Source: Candidatus Micrarchaeota archaeon
Lineage (GTDB): Archaea; Micrarchaeota; Micrarchaeia; Anstonellales; Bilamarchaeaceae
NCBI GenBank assembly: GCA_043821365.1
Contig: JBDRCX010000002.1
Span: forward strand, 142,875-206,874
DNA length: 64,000 bases
Direction: 5' to 3'
Shown here: positions 29,727 to 39,370 of the stretch, piece after piece
Layout: each line of letters opens with the position of its first letter
Numbering within the stretch: the stretch's first letter is position 1
The notes under the pieces: generated by a model
Database searches by the model: none
What the model was told of the DNA's origin: nothing
The model's input: the letters and a program-made list of their open reading frames with translations, nothing else
Position numbers and translations under genes: made by a program

Positions 29727-30050
29727 TTAGAGCAGGCCTTTTGCTTTTTGCGCATACTCAATTACTATTTTCTTTTGTTCTCTGTCCTTTACCATTCCAC
29801 AGAAAATATAATTCTTTAAAGGTACCATAACTAGAATTAGCCCCCCAAATGAAACTTCAATCTCTTTCTGTGTGTCATTCATCTTTTTCATCATTGCATC
29901 AGAAACATTGGCAACTGACGAAAGCAGTCCTGAACTAACATCATTAATTGCTATTGTTGATTGGATAACTACTCCGTCAACCTGTACTATTGCCCCCCCT
30001 ATTCCTTTTTCTTTCATTTCATTTAGAAGTGTTTCAAGTTCAGCGCTCAT
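29727..30050 (-). CDS. Roadblock/LC7-like domain protein
   Basis: 107 aa, GGAIVQVDGVVI strand pair and helix/strand pattern of Roadblock fold. Confidence 0.65.
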   Translation of the reverse strand: MSAELETLLNEMKEKGIGGAIVQVDGVVIQSTIAINDVSSGLLSSVANVSDAMMKKMNDTQKEIEVSFGGLILVMVPLKNYIFCGMVKDREQKKIVIEYAQKAKGLL

Positions 30051-30760
30051 AATATCACAACCCCAGTTGGTCCAACTTTTATTGGTATTAGCATATCTAA
30101 GTCAGGGACTGTTAATGTAACTCGTCCACTGCTGTTGTCTGAAATCATATATACTGAGTCCATTCCTTGTAAAAGAAGGCTGATAGTTTGCTTGTCATGC
30201 ACTCCTTCATCAACAAGGTAGATTGTTGTTGCGCCAACTCCCTTCAACCTACCTTCTATAAGGTTTAGGAATTTTCTTATTGAATCTTTTTGATTATATA
30301 ATACGAAGGTGGAGAGGGTATCAAAAATTATTCTAATTTTTTTACCTGTATTCTCTGCTATAACTTCGTTTATTGTGAGTGAAAGGTCATTCAAGGCACT
30401 TGGTCCACCGACAACTCTTATCTTTTCAGTTGGTTTGACCTCACTACTACCCAAGGTAACAGTGTAACAATCAATGAACTTAATGTTGTCTTTGTTTAGG
30501 TTAATCCCTATGCTGTTTGCCTTATCTTTAACATCATTGGGTGAATGGCCAGCGCAGATGATGTATGCGTTCTCTGTTTGTGGTGCAGCTGCTGCAAAAT
30601 GATATGCTAGTGCATTTTTTTCAATACCTCCTGGGCCCATCATCATCACATTCCCAGGATTTAAGTACCCACCTTCTACTATTATATCTAAATCTGGTAT
30701 TCCACTGGATAGCCTATTATTTTTCAAAACAGGCATCTCTTCATTTACACCTAGGCTCAT
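30047..30760 (-). CDS. KaiC/RAD55-like RecA-superfamily protein with degenerate Walker A
   Basis: RLSSGIPDLDIIVEGG, MMGPGGIEKN in place of GxxGxGKT, FIDCY, IIFDTLST. Confidence 0.8.
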   Translation of the reverse strand: MSLGVNEEMPVLKNNRLSSGIPDLDIIVEGGYLNPGNVMMMGPGGIEKNALAYHFAAAAPQTENAYIICAGHSPNDVKDKANSIGINLNKDNIKFIDCYTVTLGSSEVKPTEKIRVVGGPSALNDLSLTINEVIAENTGKKIRIIFDTLSTFVLYNQKDSIRKFLNLIEGRLKGVGATTIYLVDEGVHDKQTISLLLQGMDSVYMISDNSSGRVTLTVPDLDMLIPIKVGPTGVVIL

Positions 30761-30837
30761 GGTGTGAATTCGATTAGAAGGTTTTTAAATCTGAAGTAGT
30801 GGGATTAAATTGATAAAAAGAGAAATAAAAAATAAAA

Positions 30838-31188
30838 TTAGCATGCATCGCTCTGGAATGTATCTCCAATTAATGTAGATACAATTATCGGAGCAATCAT
30901 GTATATAAGTGCGCCTATAACTGCACCAGTAAGCATGGCAGTTGCCCAAACAGAAGCTCTTGCTCTTGTTTCAGCACCCATAATCTGACCAATTGCATAA
31001 GTTGCACCTGCTAAGATAATCATCAAAAGTGCACCTATACCTAAGAATGTCTTTGCCATAGTACATAATGATGTCAGTGCGTTAGTTAGTTCCGTGTTTG
31101 CAAAGGCAACTGGTACCAAATTCAACATTAACACTATTATTATCAAGTATTTTCCTATCGTATTTATTCTATTAAGATGACTAATCAT
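30838..31188 (-). CDS. TrbC/VirB2-like pilin
   Basis: Signal peptide ending VAFA, amphipathic helix, two TM helices linked by GAETRARA basic loop; SD AGGTGA 4 nt before ATG 31188. Confidence 0.65.
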   Translation of the reverse strand: MISHLNRINTIGKYLIIIVLMLNLVPVAFANTELTNALTSLCTMAKTFLGIGALLMIILAGATYAIGQIMGAETRARASVWATAMLTGAVIGALIYMIAPIIVSTLIGDTFQSDAC

Positions 31189-31258
31189 CATTTCACCTTG
31201 CAACTCATGTATAGGTTAATGTTTAAAAAGATTTATACTAGTGGTAATGTAGACTTTT

Positions 31259-31933
31259 ATGGTTGTTTTATCTATTATCGTGCCAGTTTATAATGAGAAA
31301 TATAACGTTGCGTTATTGGCTAAATCGTTGTTAAATGTTTTTAAGAAGACTAAATTTGAAATTATATTTGTTGATGATTCTTCTCCTGATGGCACAGCAG
31401 ATACTATCAGATCACTAAAGGGTTTTGGCAACAGGATAAAACTTGTTGAACGCTCTGGCAAACTTGGGTTGGCAACTGCAGTTGTTGAAGGAGTTAAGGC
31501 TGCAAAAGGCAAGTTGCTTTTGGTTATGGATGGGGATCTATCTCATCCTCCAGAAATAGCATATAAATTATTTTTGGCAAGTAAAAACTATGATCTAGTT
31601 ATAGCAAGTCGTAATGTTACTGGTAAAAGAACACACACTTCTCATAGGGATTTTATCTCAATGGGTGCAGAATCATTGTGCAGGCCATTAATAGGAAACA
31701 AATTCACTGATCCAATGAGTGGATTTTTCCTTGTTAAAAAAAATATAATATCACACACTAACATCCGTGTCAAAGGATACAAAATTCTTCTTAATCTACT
31801 GCATGATAATAAAGATCTTAAAGTTAAAGAACTTCCATATATTTTTGGTGCCAGGTATTCAGGAGAAACAAAATTGGATTTAAATGAGGGGCTGGCGTAT
31901 CTTTTTGATCTGTTTAGATTAATTCTAAGATAG
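31259..31933 (+). CDS. GT2 polyprenol-phosphate glycosyltransferase (DPM1-like)
   Basis: SIIVPVYNE, VDDSSPDGT, GLATAV, MDGDLSHPPE, DPMSGFF. Confidence 0.9.
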   Translation: MVVLSIIVPVYNEKYNVALLAKSLLNVFKKTKFEIIFVDDSSPDGTADTIRSLKGFGNRIKLVERSGKLGLATAVVEGVKAAKGKLLLVMDGDLSHPPEIAYKLFLASKNYDLVIASRNVTGKRTHTSHRDFISMGAESLCRPLIGNKFTDPMSGFFLVKKNIISHTNIRVKGYKILLNLLHDNKDLKVKELPYIFGARYSGETKLDLNEGLAYLFDLFRLILR

Positions 31934-31941
31934 GTGTTTTA

Positions 31942-32511
31942 TTGAATATTATATCCAAGATGTTTCTTGATGGCCGTCATGGTAAATCGATGTCACTAGT
32001 TAGTCATCTAAATCCCAAGACCATACTAGATGTTGGTTGCGATGACGGGAGATTCCTAGTACGTTTATGCAAACAATTTCCATCGGCACAATTGTTTGGT
32101 TGTGACATCGATCAAAAGAGTATTCATTCTGCATCCATTGCTTGTCTAAATTCTCATCTTTATTGTGGAGATTTTTTCAATTCAAAGTTCAAAAAAATGG
32201 ACTTAATTACATTGTTGGAAGTTTTAGAACACCAAACAGATCCGGCAGTTATGCTTTCAAAGGCCAAATCATTATTAAAAAAAAATGGGAGAATTTTAGT
32301 AAGTATACCAAAATCTGAACTATGGTATTGGCAAGTAATTTGGATCTTATGGTCGCACACCTTCGGGAGAAGATGGTTAGACCAACACAAAAACCTCACG
32401 CAATCACAATTAGTTAATATCGCTTTAAAATGTGGTTTGGAATTGGAAAGCAAATCAAGTTTCTTTTTTGGTTGCATATCAATTATGCTATTCGCACCAG
32501 TGATTAAATGA
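31942..32511 (+). CDS. Class I SAM-dependent methyltransferase
   Basis: ILDVGCDDG, GCDID, LEVLEH. Confidence 0.85.
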   Translation: MNIISKMFLDGRHGKSMSLVSHLNPKTILDVGCDDGRFLVRLCKQFPSAQLFGCDIDQKSIHSASIACLNSHLYCGDFFNSKFKKMDLITLLEVLEHQTDPAVMLSKAKSLLKKNGRILVSIPKSELWYWQVIWILWSHTFGRRWLDQHKNLTQSQLVNIALKCGLELESKSSFFFGCISIMLFAPVIK

Positions 32512-34421
32512 AATTTTTTGAAGTCCCTTTTACAAGTTTGCTTATCTCACTCAGTATAATCATTGTTCTAAGTGTGCTATTCTTCTATCCTGCAATATCT
32601 GATTTTGGTCATACGCTTCTTGGTAAAGACGATATCAAGTTTTTTATTTGGTTATTTTGGCATTATGAAAACAGTCTTGATAATGGGACGAATCTGCTCG
32701 TAGCAAACGAAATCTTTTACCCATATGGAATTAGTCTTTCTATCAGTACTATCACTCCTATTAATGCTATCATCTATCTTCTTCTCCCTAAAACAATTAG
32801 TGTGTTTGGAAAAATTACAATTTTACAAATACTGCCATTCTTGTTAGGTGGAATTTTTTCATTTATACTTGCATATCGTTTTACAAAATCTTTTTTTCCA
32901 TCAATGATGGCTTCCTTGATATATAATTTTTCAGTTTCTCACTTCGAAAAAGCACTTCACTATCTTAACTATAACATGGCCATGGGATGGTTGCCACTTT
33001 TTTTTATTTTTTATTTTGAATTTGTTGGTGCAAAACACAAAAAACCTGAACAGTATATATTTCTTTCAGCAACTTTATTGATTCTAGCATTATCTGAATT
33101 GACAGTTGCCATAATGCTTGGCTTTATAGTGTTTCTCGATATCTTCATTCGTTATCTAAATAGATCTTCACTGTCGCTTTGGACACCGAAAAACACGATA
33201 ATCCTAGCAGTTGCTGTTGTAAGTTCACTCATATTATATGAGTTTCTTTCCTTTTCTAGTTTTCCAATTTATCTAACTTACATACTTCCTTCTATTTTAT
33301 TTTTTATTGCTTGTTTTATCATAATTGGTCAAAAACATCTATCTGAAATGGAAATAAAATTCAATTACTTCAAGGTCATGCTTCTAATTTCACTCCCAAC
33401 AATCCTCTACCTAGTTATCCTTTGTTTACAACCAACATATGCATTTCATTCGGAGTCAGTACTTGTAAATATTATTCGATATACTGTTCCTCTAGATTCT
33501 TTTATTATGTCTGATTCACAAGCAATCTTTCATCTGGATTTTTTTAAAAATTTAAATAATGTGTGGACACCAGAAATGCCAATACCAGACCCATATGGAT
33601 TGTTACTTTTGGTTCTTTTATGGTTGGCAGGTCCACTTCTTTTCCCACTGTTATCCATGTTGTTACCAAAAGCATCTAAGTTTGAAATCTACACAAGGGA
33701 TTTTTCTTTTCTTTGTATCTTTTTTTCATTACCGTTAATATCAATCGGGAGTTCATTTCTCTTGGTTACTCCATTTATCTCATTTCAATTATTTCCACTT
33801 CTTCCAGTCTTACGTGTTTCATCTAGATTTATGCTATTCGGTTTCTTGTTTCTTTCCTTATTGTCAGCTATGGTTTTGAAACGTCTAGAATTGAAAAGAT
33901 CTATTCTTGTTCCAATTTTATTTGTACTAGTTTTGGTACAATTATGGCCAGCACCTGCACAATTTATTTTTGATACAAAAGTCCCAAATTTTTATCTTGC
34001 TCTTGCTAATGATTCTGCCAATAAAACTATAATCCTCTATCCAGTTCTGGACTACTTTTCTCTTCTGGACGAATCCTATTACCAAACCTATCATAAAAAG
34101 CCAATTTCAATTGGTACAGTTTCAAGATTTCCTACTGCTACTAATGATATTTTTGAGCTTTACACCAAAGATTATTCTTCTAACCATACAATTGAAGAAA
34201 TAGCAATTCATATTCATCAACTTGTTTTGAACTATGGTTATGATTATTTGGTGGTCCATAAGCTACATTGTTGTGAAGATTGCAATTGTCCTATTGGTTC
34301 TCTGGTTCCACTAGATTCGAAAAAATTAGAAGAGATTAACGTTTCATTAAATAATGAATTCGGATATGCAATATATGAAGATGATGTGATAATTGTTTAT
34401 TCCACTGCAGCTAATAAATGA
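32508..34421 (+). CDS. Polytopic membrane protein, GT-C/YfhO-like glycosyltransferase
   Basis: N-terminal TM then KDD acidic motif, FYPYG, many TM helices, RVSSRF, C-terminal soluble domain. Confidence 0.6.
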   Translation: MKFFEVPFTSLLISLSIIIVLSVLFFYPAISDFGHTLLGKDDIKFFIWLFWHYENSLDNGTNLLVANEIFYPYGISLSISTITPINAIIYLLLPKTISVFGKITILQILPFLLGGIFSFILAYRFTKSFFPSMMASLIYNFSVSHFEKALHYLNYNMAMGWLPLFFIFYFEFVGAKHKKPEQYIFLSATLLILALSELTVAIMLGFIVFLDIFIRYLNRSSLSLWTPKNTIILAVAVVSSLILYEFLSFSSFPIYLTYILPSILFFIACFIIIGQKHLSEMEIKFNYFKVMLLISLPTILYLVILCLQPTYAFHSESVLVNIIRYTVPLDSFIMSDSQAIFHLDFFKNLNNVWTPEMPIPDPYGLLLLVLLWLAGPLLFPLLSMLLPKASKFEIYTRDFSFLCIFFSLPLISIGSSFLLVTPFISFQLFPLLPVLRVSSRFMLFGFLFLSLLSAMVLKRLELKRSILVPILFVLVLVQLWPAPAQFIFDTKVPNFYLALANDSANKTIILYPVLDYFSLLDESYYQTYHKKPISIGTVSRFPTATNDIFELYTKDYSSNHTIEEIAIHIHQLVLNYGYDYLVVHKLHCCEDCNCPIGSLVPLDSKKLEEINVSLNNEFGYAIYEDDVIIVYSTAANK

Positions 34422-34460
34422 TTTGGTTTTTTTATATTTATTATTACAAAAGTTGATGCG

Positions 34461-35333
34461 ATGATAAAAATCTCAGTAATTATCTGTGCCTATAACGAAG
34501 AAAAAAACATAGGCAAGCTTATTGATCAGATGCTGGACCAATCAATAAAAGCTAATGAAATCATAGTTGTTTCATCTGGTTCAACTGATTCTACTAACAA
34601 TATACTATCATCATTCTCAAAAAAGCACAAAGAAATCAAATTGTTGCGTCAAACCCAAAGAAAAGGGAAAGTTCGAGCTGTTAATCTTGGACTTAATCAT
34701 GTAAAAAGTGATATAATCATTCTATGCAGTGCTGATGTACAATTAGAAAAGAATACATTTGAGAAACTTGTAGAAAAATTCAATAATGAAAAAATTGGCA
34801 TGGTTGGTGCCCACCCAGTCCCAGTAAACGATCCAAAAACATTTGCTGGTTTCTACTCTCATTTAATTTGGGCTCTACATCATGATATCGCACTCAAAAT
34901 TCCAAAATGTGGTGAAGTTATAGCATTTAGGAATCTTGGTTATTTGATCCCCGAAGATGTGCCAATTGATGAAGCTTATCTTGAATTTAAATTTAAAAAA
35001 GAAGGTTTTTTGCTAGCATATGCACCTGGTGCAATTGTGCATAATCATGGTCCAAAAACAATCGCTGATATGTTTGTTCAGAGAAGAAGAATTCATGCCC
35101 AACACATGTTTCTTAAGCAAAAGTTCAAATATGTCGTATCAACATCCACCCCATCTTTTGTTTTTTCTGCACTTATGTCAACATTTAAACCAAGTTTTGA
35201 ATATATTTTTTTCTTACCTATTGCGGTTGTTCTAGAAACAATATCAATACTTTTTGCATCATATGATTTTTTTATCAACAAAAATGCACACAAAGTATGG
35301 AAAATAGCCAGGTCAACCAAGGTGGTAAGATGA
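34461..35333 (+). CDS. GT2 family glycosyltransferase
   Basis: ISVIICAYNEE, GSTDST, SADVQ, QRRRI. Confidence 0.88.
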   Translation: MIKISVIICAYNEEKNIGKLIDQMLDQSIKANEIIVVSSGSTDSTNNILSSFSKKHKEIKLLRQTQRKGKVRAVNLGLNHVKSDIIILCSADVQLEKNTFEKLVEKFNNEKIGMVGAHPVPVNDPKTFAGFYSHLIWALHHDIALKIPKCGEVIAFRNLGYLIPEDVPIDEAYLEFKFKKEGFLLAYAPGAIVHNHGPKTIADMFVQRRRIHAQHMFLKQKFKYVVSTSTPSFVFSALMSTFKPSFEYIFFLPIAVVLETISILFASYDFFINKNAHKVWKIARSTKVVR

Positions 35334-36397
35334 AATTTCCAAGAATTCTTTGTTACAAATCTTTCTACAATTTTGGAATTCCAAAAATACTTCCACTTAA
35401 TCTTACTGTGAGTGTTAGCTATAATTGCAATTCAAGATGTAAAACATGTAATATTTGGAAAAAGAAGGCCAAAGACTTGTCTTTAGAAGAATATGAAAAA
35501 ATATTCAAAAATATTGGAAATTCTGTTTTTTGGGCAACTATAAGCGGTGGTGAACCGTTTCTCCGTAAAGATCTTTCTGAAATAATCTCATTGCTATATT
35601 TATACTGCAAGCCTACTATCATAAACATTCCAACTAATGGTCTTCTTGGACCTTACATTGCAAAAAAATGTGTGGAGATTGCAAAAAATTGTCCTAAATC
35701 TCAAATAGTTCTCAATCTGTCACTGGATGGGATTGAAGAAAAACATGATGAAATCCGTGGCATCAAAGGTAATTGGGAAAGGAGTATACAAACCTATCAA
35801 GCATTACGAAAAATTAAATCCAAAAACTTCAGTTTAGGTGTTCACACAGTGATTTCAAAATTTAATGTTAAAGCAATCCCAAAAATAACTGATTATATCA
35901 TAACCAAGCTAAAACCTGATTCTTATATTAGTGAGGTTGCAGAAGAGAGAGTCGAACTTGATAGCATTGGAGCAGAAATAACTCCAGATGTAAAAAGTTA
36001 TGCAAAAGCAATTGATTATCTTTCTTCAAAAACAACTAATTCTAAAGTGAAGGGTGTTTCAAAATTTACAATGGCATTCCGTAAAAAGTATTATGAATTT
36101 GCAAAGAAAGTTCTAATTGATAAAAAACAAGCTATTCCATGCTATGCAGGTGTTGCATCTGCACAAATTTCTCCCGAAGGGGATGTTTGGGGATGCTGTG
36201 TTCGGGCAGAATCATTAGGAAATTTAAGAAAGAATAATTATGATTTCAAGAAGATCTGGTTTGGTGAGAAAGCAAGAAAATTTAGGAAAAGCGTCAAAAA
36301 TAAAGAATGTGCATGTCCATTAGCCAATGCCTATTACTCTAGTGCAATTATGGATATGAAAACAATTACTAAAGTTGGTTTTGATATGCTACGGTGA
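35330..36397 (+). CDS. Radical SAM / SPASM domain protein
   Basis: CNSRCKTC, SGGEPFLRKD, SLDG, CYAG...GDVWGCC...CACP; ATG 35330 overlaps upstream stop. Confidence 0.9.
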   Translation: MKFPRILCYKSFYNFGIPKILPLNLTVSVSYNCNSRCKTCNIWKKKAKDLSLEEYEKIFKNIGNSVFWATISGGEPFLRKDLSEIISLLYLYCKPTIINIPTNGLLGPYIAKKCVEIAKNCPKSQIVLNLSLDGIEEKHDEIRGIKGNWERSIQTYQALRKIKSKNFSLGVHTVISKFNVKAIPKITDYIITKLKPDSYISEVAEERVELDSIGAEITPDVKSYAKAIDYLSSKTTNSKVKGVSKFTMAFRKKYYEFAKKVLIDKKQAIPCYAGVASAQISPEGDVWGCCVRAESLGNLRKNNYDFKKIWFGEKARKFRKSVKNKECACPLANAYYSSAIMDMKTITKVGFDMLR

Positions 36398-36401
36398 AAA
36401 A

Positions 36402-37229
36402 ATGGAAGACTGTTTCGATATTGCAAATCCAGATAAAAAAGAACTTGAGAAAATTTACAATAATGAAAAAAGGTATCCGTGGATATTTAAACAATTAAGT
36501 GGTTATGAGGATTATTGTGATAAATACAAGTTACATGCAATTCTAAAGACTGTTAGTAAATATAAGTTGAATTCTATCCTGGATAATGGTTGTGGCGCTG
36601 CCGTAGTCTCAAGAATCTTGGCAAAAAATGGTTACAAAGTTACTGGTTTTGATATCTCATATGCAATAATAAAGAAAATCCCCAAACAAAGAAATCTCAA
36701 ACTTATTGTGGGCGATTCTGACACTCTCCCATTTCCTGATAATTCTTTTGATTGTGTAATCTGCAGCGAAGTTCTTGAACATATCAAGGATAACGGGCCT
36801 TCAATAAAAGAAATCAATCGTGTACTAAAAAAAGGTGGAATCGCAATAATTACCATACCTAATTGGAGTTGTTATGATTGTTTGGAGGGCAATTTTGGCA
36901 TTGTAACTTTCATTGTAAATATTATCAACTTTATGTTGTCTATTTTTGGCATAAAACCCATCTATAAATATGGCGTGAACATGCACTTTCACAAGATGTT
37001 TCCGTGGCAATGGAAGAATGTAATAGAGTCCTTTGGTTTCACTAAAATCTATGGACAGGCTATATACTTGGTTCCATATATACCGAAGTTTCGTTTTTTA
37101 GAGAGGTTCATATACAAAATCCCATATTTATTCTCTATAAAAATCTGGTTAGATGATCTGTTATCTCCTTTATGGCCATTCAAATATTTTGGTTTGAATC
37201 ATCTTTTTGTATTTAAAAAATCAGAGTAA
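36402..37229 (+). CDS. Class I SAM-dependent methyltransferase
   Basis: ILDNGCGAA, GDSDTLPFPDNSFD, CSEVLEH; ATG 36402 with GGTGA SD. Confidence 0.88.
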   Translation: MEDCFDIANPDKKELEKIYNNEKRYPWIFKQLSGYEDYCDKYKLHAILKTVSKYKLNSILDNGCGAAVVSRILAKNGYKVTGFDISYAIIKKIPKQRNLKLIVGDSDTLPFPDNSFDCVICSEVLEHIKDNGPSIKEINRVLKKGGIAIITIPNWSCYDCLEGNFGIVTFIVNIINFMLSIFGIKPIYKYGVNMHFHKMFPWQWKNVIESFGFTKIYGQAIYLVPYIPKFRFLERFIYKIPYLFSIKIWLDDLLSPLWPFKYFGLNHLFVFKKSE

Positions 37230-38183
37230 ATTGTTTTCTCTATACCATTTTACTGTATTTCTCATTCCAGTTACAACATCTGTTTTTGGTTTATATCTGA
37301 GTATCTTTTTTGCCTTTTCCCAGTTTGTTGTTCTGTTTTTAGTCAAGTATTTAACTTGTGATAATGTCAATGGCGGTTTTGCTACTAAGCCCCAACTATT
37401 ATCCAATACAAATCCAGCTATTTCTGGTATGGGACTTGGTATGGACAAGGTTGGAGGTCCAACACCCAACGCTTTAGCCATCGTTGTTATGAATTCTTTT
37501 ACAGTTACTGGTCTTGGGCCAGCAATATTGAATGTTTCTCCAACTGCTTTCTTACTCTTAGTTGCAGACAGGATGCTAACAACAAGGTCATTTATGTAGG
37601 TGGGATGTAGTTTTGATTTTCCATCATTGAAAAAGACAAATCTTCTTTCTTTTACTGTTTTGAAAAGCTTGAGTAAGTGCAAATCCCCTGGTCCATAAAC
37701 AAAATCTGGCCGTATTATAATTATTGGAATTTTTTTTGCATATTTCAAAACTATTTTTTCTCCTTCTATTTTTGTTTTTTCGTATATGTTGGTTGGATTG
37801 TATGGGCAGTTCTCATTAGCTATTTGTTCGTCCTCCATCGGACCAAAAACACCACAACTGCTGATGTGTATGAATTTTTTTACTTTGGCTTCTGAAGCTG
37901 CTTTCAACATATTTTCTGTGCCATTAACATTCACATCCCAAAATTTTTGGTTTGCTATCCCCCAGCCACCAAGAACACCAGCACAGTGGATGACGACATC
38001 AATGCCTTCACAAGCCTTTTTACAAGAATCCAAATCAGTTATATCCCCAACTATTGCGTCGATACTATCTATTTTAAACCTCGAAGTTCTAGTGAAAATT
38101 CGAACTTTATATCTCTTATTTATAAGTTCTCGAACCAGTGCGTTTCCAATAAAACCAGTTGCACCAGTTATCAATAATCTCAT
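37221..38183 (-). CDS. NAD-dependent epimerase/dehydratase (extended SDR)
   Basis: ITGATGFIG, YEKTK (YxxxK), RPDFVYGPGD. Confidence 0.9.
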   Translation of the reverse strand: MRLLITGATGFIGNALVRELINKRYKVRIFTRTSRFKIDSIDAIVGDITDLDSCKKACEGIDVVIHCAGVLGGWGIANQKFWDVNVNGTENMLKAASEAKVKKFIHISSCGVFGPMEDEQIANENCPYNPTNIYEKTKIEGEKIVLKYAKKIPIIIIRPDFVYGPGDLHLLKLFKTVKERRFVFFNDGKSKLHPTYINDLVVSILSATKSKKAVGETFNIAGPRPVTVKEFITTMAKALGVGPPTLSIPSPIPEIAGFVLDNSWGLVAKPPLTLSQVKYLTKNRTTNWEKAKKILRYKPKTDVVTGMRNTVKWYRENNLL

Positions 38184-38234
38184 AATTACCTACTAGTATA
38201 ATTGCTTATAAACGTTTTCCAATTTGTGGTATCT

Positions 38235-39356
38235 ATGGATTTGGTTCTAACTCATATTGATCTTTCACACAAAGGCGGCGGTGAAGTTGTAATACTTGAT
38301 ATTGCAAAAAAGTTCAATCCAGTTATCTATGTAACTTCCTATACTCCTGAATTAACATTTCCTGAATTTAAGGAATTTGATATTCGTGTTTTGCCAAAAA
38401 CATCATTTGAAAAATTACCATTATTTGGTGATAAAGTCCATTCTGGCCTCTCATTTTATACCAACAAGCTCAAGGATAATTATGATGTTATAAGTGCACA
38501 TTATTCTCCTGCAGAACTAATACGTAATAAAAATCCAAGAGTTTGCTGGGTATTATACTCTCCTTTTAGGGAGGTATATGATATTTATGAAGAAAATATG
38601 GCAAGTTCCTCATTTCTTACAAAGACCAGATTATTTTTCGGTGCAAAATTATATCGTACTTTGAGTTCCCAGGTTGTACCTAAAATAGAAAAAATATGCC
38701 CAATTTCGGAAGTTGTTAATTTAAGATTGAAAAAATATTTACACCGCGATGATGGTGAAATAATACACCCTGGTATTGATGCATCTGAATACTCGTGTGG
38801 TTCTTATGATAAATACTTTTTTTACCCATCTAGGTTATGCTATCTTAAACGTTTTGAAATTGCAATTGATGCATTCCGTAAGTTCTCAGAAAAACACAAA
38901 GATTGGAAATTAGTGATTGCTGGCTTTGTAAACAAAAGAGATGAATGGTATCTACCAAAGCTAAGAGAATTCGCATCAAACTCTAATGTTGAGATAATCT
39001 ACAACCCCACTAAAAAACACCTTCAAAAATTATATTCCAACTGTTATGCTACAGTATTTTCAGCATATGATGAGGATTTTGGATTAGTTCTATTGGAGGC
39101 AATGGCATCCAAAAAACCTGTTATATCTATAAACGAAGGTGGGCCAAAATATATTATTGATGATAATAACACTGGTTACCTTGTGAACTCTTCAGATGAA
39201 ATGGCAGAGAAAATGTCTTTCCTTGCCAGTAATCCTGGTCTATGTGAAAAACTTGGTAAGGCTGGCCGTTCCAGAGTTATAAAAAAATTCACAAAGAAAA
39301 AATTTCTTAATAAATTAGAAATTGCATTCAAAGATGTTGCAAAAAATCATGAGTGA
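38235..39356 (+). CDS. GT4 family glycosyltransferase
   Basis: GGGE, HPGID, KRFE, EDFGLVLLEAMASKKPV; ATG 38235 ~22 nt after TTATAAA. Confidence 0.9.
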   Translation: MDLVLTHIDLSHKGGGEVVILDIAKKFNPVIYVTSYTPELTFPEFKEFDIRVLPKTSFEKLPLFGDKVHSGLSFYTNKLKDNYDVISAHYSPAELIRNKNPRVCWVLYSPFREVYDIYEENMASSSFLTKTRLFFGAKLYRTLSSQVVPKIEKICPISEVVNLRLKKYLHRDDGEIIHPGIDASEYSCGSYDKYFFYPSRLCYLKRFEIAIDAFRKFSEKHKDWKLVIAGFVNKRDEWYLPKLREFASNSNVEIIYNPTKKHLQKLYSNCYATVFSAYDEDFGLVLLEAMASKKPVISINEGGPKYIIDDNNTGYLVNSSDEMAEKMSFLASNPGLCEKLGKAGRSRVIKKFTKKKFLNKLEIAFKDVAKNHE

Positions 39357-39370
39357 TAATATGTTCGGGC

